Source: Paraphysomonas bandaiensis (taxonomy: Eukaryota > Protista > Chrysophyceae). From it: 12,881 bases of DNA. The position numbers and the translations under genes are program-made. Of the stretch, positions 8,085 to 12,881 are shown piece after piece (within the stretch, counting starts at the first letter, position 1; the number at the start of each line of letters is the position of its first letter). The notes beneath the pieces were generated by a model, which was given only the letters and a program-made list of their open reading frames with translations, did no database searches and was not told the origin of the DNA. The stretch covers positions 1 through 12,881 of the forward strand of contig CBFFRP010000637.1 of the NCBI GenBank assembly GCA_965644295.1. Direction: 5' to 3'.

Positions 8085-11000
8085 TTAGTCTGGTGGTCGT
8101 CCTTTGGGTAGTGTATCTGGTGGTCCATATCCGCATGCGAGTCGGGGTGTGGGGGGTGACGTGCCATTCTGTGGATGTGCGTTAGCGGAGGGTTTGGGAG
8201 TACTAGTTGTGGTTGCGGTTCTGTCAGAGATGAGTGTTGTCTGCCTCCGGAGCGGGTTGGCAGGCTTGCGCTGGGGGCGGGGTCTCGTGTGGGGCACGGC
8301 TCTGGGGGTGGATGTTGCTTTAAGTAGCTGGAGGATCATCGGGTTGGTGGTAGGGTTTGTGTGACATTGTTGTGAGCTGGCATGAGTCGAGGTTGGTGTC
8401 ATTGCTGTCGCATCGTTACTGTGAAATCGACATCCTCTGTTTTTGAGCATGTTTATTCCTCCATTGTAGAGGGGGAGCAGGACTTTGGTGACGGATTTCT
8501 CGAGTTTATGGAACTGGTGGTCGTGTAACGTGGTGGAGATGTTGTGTCCGAAAGCATTTGCCAGTTGCGAGGCTGTTAGTTGTCCGGTCCAGTATCTCTC
8601 AACCTGGGGTGTGGTGGGATCCCAGGCAGCCCTCGCCAGTCTCTGTAGGGCGGTTTGGAACCAGGGGATGGGTTGTCGTTGCCCGTGGAGTTTTGTAAGC
8701 TGGGTTTGCTGTGTGTGGAAGGCATGTTCACGTAGTTGGGCGATCTCAGGGTGTGGGCAGTGGAGGAGCATATGCGCCATGTTGTCCAGGTTGTGGTCAC
8801 AGTCTGTGCATTTGGCTGCTATTGTGAGTTCGTCTCCATGTTTGCCCTTGGCCCTATTTCTGCCCATCGCGTATGATTTGTCCCAGACATATGCAGTTTC
8901 GCGGATGCGGTCGTGGAATGGGACATAGCAGTTGGGCGAATTATTGGGCTTGAGGGGATGGAGTTTGTGTGGGAGCCTGGTGCCGCTGCGTGTCCAGTAC
9001 TGCGAGTCTCGGCTTGCGCTTGCGGAGTACGTGCCGTCACGCGTGAGGATGTATTGGTGGAGGTCCCATTGGTGTTGGAGTTCGGTGACATCCCCTAGCA
9101 TGGGACCACAGTCGGTGTGGAGGAATTTGTCGTATCTTCTCCATTGCCATTGGCCGGCAGTGAGGAATTCGTCGATGAGGTGTGTGATCTCAGTCGTGAC
9201 CACGCTGTAGTTTGTGCCGCCTAATATTTTGTCAATCGCCGACCACTCTCCACTGGCGGCAGCGTCAGCTATGTAAATGCCATAGTCGTTGTAGGTCCAG
9301 TTGTTCCGATCTTGTGTTCGGCGTTCTGGATGGGAGCGGACCCATCGTATTGGTCGCTGCCGGTGATTTCCTGTGGCGAGGCATTCGTAAAAGATGCCCT
9401 GGGGCTTTGTGCCGAGGGCCCGCCGCCGACGAGAGAGAGCTTCCGTGGTTCGTGTTTGGACTGCTTGGCAGTCGGTGCACATAGGTACGGTGGGGGATAT
9501 GAGTTTCGAGAACGTGAGGGCTGCTGACATTGCCAGGGTCTCGTAGGTGTATGGGGTTATCCCGGGTAAGGTATGCTCGGGGGCTGTAAGTCGAAGGATT
9601 TTGGTTATTCCTGTGCTCCAGTTGGTTTTGGGTGGGAGCCAGACAATTGCTGCCCCCCCATAGTGTGTTGCGTGCTGTACGTGAGCGTCGCCGAGGAGAT
9701 GAGCAGGAGAGAGGTTTGTGCGAGTGAAGGAACCATCAGTGAAAATGGCTTGAAAGTCGTGTGGATGATTGTTGTGTAGTTGGAGTTGGGTTTGGACCTT
9801 GTCGATGGTTTCTCGGAATTGGGGCGTGGCCGGGGATGGGGGCTGCAGTCGAATTCCGAGCTGGTGTCCCCATTGGACCAGGCTAGTGATGTACAGGTCG
9901 ATGTCTGGGCGATTGTGATCGTGACGTTTTAAGATGGATATGGCGGCTCGCTTGGGTTCCCCCCCCAGGGTGATGGCCCTTTGGAGTGTGTGCCACTTTT
10001 GGGTCTGGGCCCATGTGGACAACTTACGCAGGCCAAGTCCTTTGTATTTCGTGGGCAGATAGATGAGGGCTGTGGGGTATCCTGGGGGTAGTCGGAGGAC
10101 CTTCCTGGCTGCTCGTGCAAGGAGTTTGTCTATGTCCAGGTATCTGTCGTACGTCCAGGAGGCTTTGGTGGCCTTGTAGAGTAGTGTCGGGAGTACTTGT
10201 GTGTTAAGCACTAACAGTTTACAGTCTGGGGATGCACATTTGTAGCGTAGGTGTGTTGCGGAGGTGGTGACGTAGTCGACACACCAGGCATGCGAGTCGG
10301 TGTCCTTCGAGGAGAACGGGAGTAGAACTCCGAGGTATTTGGTGGGGACTGTGGTGGCTCTAATGGGGATGGTGTGCGGGTTCCAGTTCCAGTCTCTAAT
10401 GGTTATGGTGGGCTCTGTTTCTAGCATGGCCTCAACTTCAAAGGGAGAGCCTATTGCAATGCATTCCGTTTTGGCTATGGCGAGCTGCATTCCCGTGAAT
10501 GCACAGAAGGATGAGAGTCTGTCCGCCTTCATCTGCGCGGTGGCAATGGAGTTGGTTATTTGGGAGAGGTCGTCCGCGTACGCTTTGTCCTGACTGTCGT
10601 CCTTAAGGTCAGACCAGCAGAGAATCATGTCGAAGATGACGATCCATGCGACTGTGGACTCTGTTCCGCCTTGTGTAACGCCTCTGTTGGCGGAGAAGCC
10701 CATGTCGGGGTGTTGGAGGAAGGAACCGTCGGATTGACTTAATTCCTCTAGGGTTTTGGGATCGATGTGGTCAGCCATGTGCGGTGTCCAGATGTAGGTG
10801 CGCCCCTCGCTGTCGAGTTCGCTGAGCCATCTGATCGTGTCTTCTGGAACCCCAAGTCTCGCCCACGCGAGTTTGAGGAGGTTAGGTGCAATGGAGTCGA
10901 AAGCTTTTTGAAAGTCCCAAAAGGTGCATAGTTTCGCGTTTCCTGTGAGCTTTGCCAGTTCAGTGGCCGCTAGTACACGAAGGATGGCAGTGTCTGTTCC

Positions 11001-11117
11001 ATGTCTCCACCTGTAACCGTGTTGCGCCGGGTGTAGGACATCATCGTCTTCCCAGATTTGGAGGAGTCGGTGGGTAATAATGCGTGTCATCAGTTTACGG
11101 AGAACCTCGAAAGGCAA
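8085..11117 (-). CDS. LINE ORF2 C-terminal part: reverse transcriptase, RNase H, CCHC zinc finger and Thr/Pro-rich tail
   Basis: RT: QHGYR, DFQKAFDSI, GVTQG, YADD (10569-10580), KYLGV. RNase H: FTDGS (TDGS at 9729-9740), YETLA, TDCQA, WVRSH, IADAAA. Zinc finger: CTDC-x8-H-x4-C. The listed start is an artefact of an upstream frameshift. Confidence 0.93.
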   Translation of the reverse strand: MPFEVLRKLMTRIITHRLLQIWEDDDVLHPAQHGYRWRHGTDTAILRVLAATELAKLTGNAKLCTFWDFQKAFDSIAPNLLKLAWARLGVPEDTIRWLSELDSEGRTYIWTPHMADHIDPKTLEELSQSDGSFLQHPDMGFSANRGVTQGGTESTVAWIVIFDMILCWSDLKDDSQDKAYADDLSQITNSIATAQMKADRLSSFCAFTGMQLAIAKTECIAIGSPFEVEAMLETEPTITIRDWNWNPHTIPIRATTVPTKYLGVLLPFSSKDTDSHAWCVDYVTTSATHLRYKCASPDCKLLVLNTQVLPTLLYKATKASWTYDRYLDIDKLLARAARKVLRLPPGYPTALIYLPTKYKGLGLRKLSTWAQTQKWHTLQRAITLGGEPKRAAISILKRHDHNRPDIDLYITSLVQWGHQLGIRLQPPSPATPQFRETIDKVQTQLQLHNNHPHDFQAIFTDGSFTRTNLSPAHLLGDAHVQHATHYGGAAIVWLPPKTNWSTGITKILRLTAPEHTLPGITPYTYETLAMSAALTFSKLISPTVPMCTDCQAVQTRTTEALSRRRRALGTKPQGIFYECLATGNHRQRPIRWVRSHPERRTQDRNNWTYNDYGIYIADAAASGEWSAIDKILGGTNYSVVTTEITHLIDEFLTAGQWQWRRYDKFLHTDCGPMLGDVTELQHQWDLHQYILTRDGTYSASASRDSQYWTRSGTRLPHKLHPLKPNNSPNCYVPFHDRIRETAYVWDKSYAMGRNRAKGKHGDELTIAAKCTDCDHNLDNMAHMLLHCPHPEIAQLREHAFHTQQTQLTKLHGQRQPIPWFQTALQRLARAAWDPTTPQVERYWTGQLTASQLANAFGHNISTTLHDHQFHKLEKSVTKVLLPLYNGGINMLKNRGCRFHSNDATAMTPTSTHASSQQCHTNPTTNPMILQLLKATSTPRAVPHTRPRPQRKPANPLRRQTTLISDRTATTTSTPKPSANAHPQNGTSPPTPRLACGYGPPDTLPKGRPPD

Positions 11118-12881
11118 ACCGATCGGTCCTAAGTTTTTTGAGAGGAGGTGTTTCCCGGTTTCTTGAAGTAAAGGGGTCGCGAGCTCTGTCTTTCCACCAG
11201 TGTGGAATGTGGCGGTGAGTCCACGGAAGAGCGTTTGTAGGAGACCAGCAGTTACTTCTATTTTGAGCTTGTGGGGTCCAACTTTTTATCATGTTTGTGG
11301 TGACCATGGACGGTCCGGGTGCTTTGTCCTTGGCCATATTATCAAGTGTGGAGTGGAACTCATGTGGATCGAAATTTGTTGCCGGAGGGCTTCCTGTATC
11401 TTTGCTGAGGTGGATGAGCCGACCTTTGTTTTGCATGGATTTGCGTGGTCCCGGAATGATGTTGTATCGGGATAGCGGAGTTTGGGTTGGAGCGGGTTAG
11501 TAGCGGGGTTCTCACCGGCGGTTGGTTCGCGCCACCCAGTTGTCGTCGTAGTGTAGTCTGTGGGCGGTGGGGTCCATGCCTTTGGAGGGAATGCGTGGTG
11601 TGCCGTGAAGTGCTTGTTCAAGGGCTTCCTGTATCTCCGATGGAATGGTGATCGTGGCCCCCGTCCTCCAGGAGTGAGGCGGGTGAGCGCTGGTGTCTGC
11701 TTCCGCTTTAGTCCGATGGATTGGAGGAGATCTTGCGTATCTGTTGTCGTTTCGAGTTGGGCCCGGAGGGCGTGTGTTCTGGTGGTCATCCTTTTCCTCA
11801 TTTCAGCTCGGGCTCTCCCGTGGTGTCATCCTTGAGACTGTCACGGAGGTTGTCGAAGGCTTTGCCCGTGACGTTAGTCGCGAATGTGTAGCATTTGCCT
11901 TGGGTCTATCGCGGCCTGGATGATGGCTGTGGGCGGTCGGTCGTTGGTCCTCTGATGAGCGGTCCAAGTGCAGCAGTGGTGCGCTCGCATCTGCAGATTC
12001 CTCGCCGGACGATGCTGTATAAGTATGCGTCGGCGACACGGGGGATTGTAGGTGGCCGGATCTGGTGAAGAGCTTGCGTTTGAGATATACAATCGGGTGG
12101 AGCTGCCATTTGCGGGACTCTCATTTCGGCGGAGAAGCCATCCTTGAACCGGGATCGTTTTCGCTGGCATTTTGCACGTGGATGCCGTTTTCGTGGTTCT
12201 GTCCGCGTAGCGGGAGTGTCGTGGGGCCGCTTCTAAGGTGATACGATGGAGGAGCGCCAGTTTTATGGCTGCGTTTTCAGCGGGGTGGGGGTGCGTGGGG
12301 AGCGTGGACAATTTGCGGTGATGTTTGTGTAGGTGGGTCTGGAATTCTTCTACCATGTCGTGGTCGGCAGGGTTGATGTTGAGTCTTGGAGGAATCTGAC
12401 GGTGCCGTTCCTTGGGAAGGGTTGGTCCTGTACCGCTAATGTCAACCTGGATCCAGACCGGTCTGTGATCAAATGGTGCAGCAGCGATGGCATCAGATGT
12501 GTGGCATCCATTTCGAGTGTTACGAAAGTGTGTGGGAAGGGGAGAATGTAGTATATGGTCTATTCTGGAGATGCCGCGGTCTTTCCAGTAAAAGGTGTGG
12601 TATGGTGCCTCCTGGTCAAGGGTTTGTATGAGAGGGGCTGTTAGCTGCAGGGATCTTGCTAAACCTCTGAGGTCCCTCTTACCCGTTTGTCCCTCTAGGG
12701 TGGCGTTGAAATCTCCGCCAACTAGTACTGTGTGGTTGTTTGCCCTGGCTTTGGTGATCCATTTGGACAGGATGTTCGTGAGGATGTCATAGGGTCCCGT
12801 GGCGCCGTTCCTGTGAGCATTCTTGCCCGAAGGCTTTAGTGATGCCCATAGTGTGCAGGGTCCATCGGTCGCAGGCTTGGG
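11118..12881 (-). pseudogene. LINE ORF2 N-terminal part: apurinic-like endonuclease (APE) and frameshifted linker
   Basis: Open frame from the window end to 11874 contains GGDFNA (12719-12702), SRIDHIL (12569-12549) and DHRPV (12470-12456). KAPGPS and a disrupted LRPIGL appear just before the RT. Several indels fall between ~12200 and 11118. Confidence 0.88.

Larger units (their letters stand above)
7943..12881 (-). mobile_element. Non-LTR retrotransposon with APE-RT-RNase H-CCHC architecture (Ambal/L1-group-like); 5' end lies beyond the window
   Basis: Collinear APE, RT, RNase H and zinc-knuckle motifs on the minus strand, with a C/A-rich sense strand. A ~140-nt 3' UTR appears to end in TAATAAT (7949-7943). 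The clade assignment is inference. Confidence 0.92.

Noticed and set aside
8085-8760. Second (RLE) endonuclease making the LINE a Dualen/RandI element
   Set aside because: No PD-(D/E)xK motif follows the CCHC finger; the tail is low-complexity Thr/Pro.
11118-12200. Programmed frameshifting or separate ORF1/ORF2 within the LINE
   Set aside because: Multiple scattered small insertions (for example within the LRPIGLFE motif) lie between two clean stretches. This is typical of long-read error or local decay, and no single slippery site is evident.
8104-12792. Many short plus-strand and alternative-frame ORFs in the LINE
   Set aside because: By-products of the GC-rich, strand-biased LINE coding sequence.

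Overview
This is eukaryotic genomic DNA, probably from a protist such as a stramenopile (inferred from the ~50-nt GT-AG introns, the CRN/RHS-type gene and the TE families). It is a dense mosaic of truncated mobile elements around one intact gene. From left to right: (1) a C-depleted, unreadable 1.3 kb stretch running into a Ty3/gypsy integrase with GPY/F module and a truncated chromodomain; (2) a decayed, intron-bearing gene with faint tyrosine-recombinase-like and CxxC motifs; (3) a very AT-rich island with a frameshifted fibre-like gene and a highly structured non-coding block (long inverted repeat, 27-bp direct repeat, perfect 30-bp palindrome), possibly the end of an endogenous Polinton-like virus or virophage; (4) an intact single-exon 557-aa Crinkler/RHS-type NTPase + restriction-endonuclease-fold gene whose N-terminus looks like a mitochondrial presequence rather than a secretion header; (5) the last ~50 codons of a Ty1/copia RNase H with PPT and probable 3' LTR, absent from the ORF track; (6) a truncated DUF7869/Sola1-like transposase-fold ORF; (7) a non-LTR retrotransposon (APE-RT-RNase H-CCHC) running off the right edge. 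Several indel clusters look like long-read errors. All family calls come from motif recognition by eye, not from database searches.
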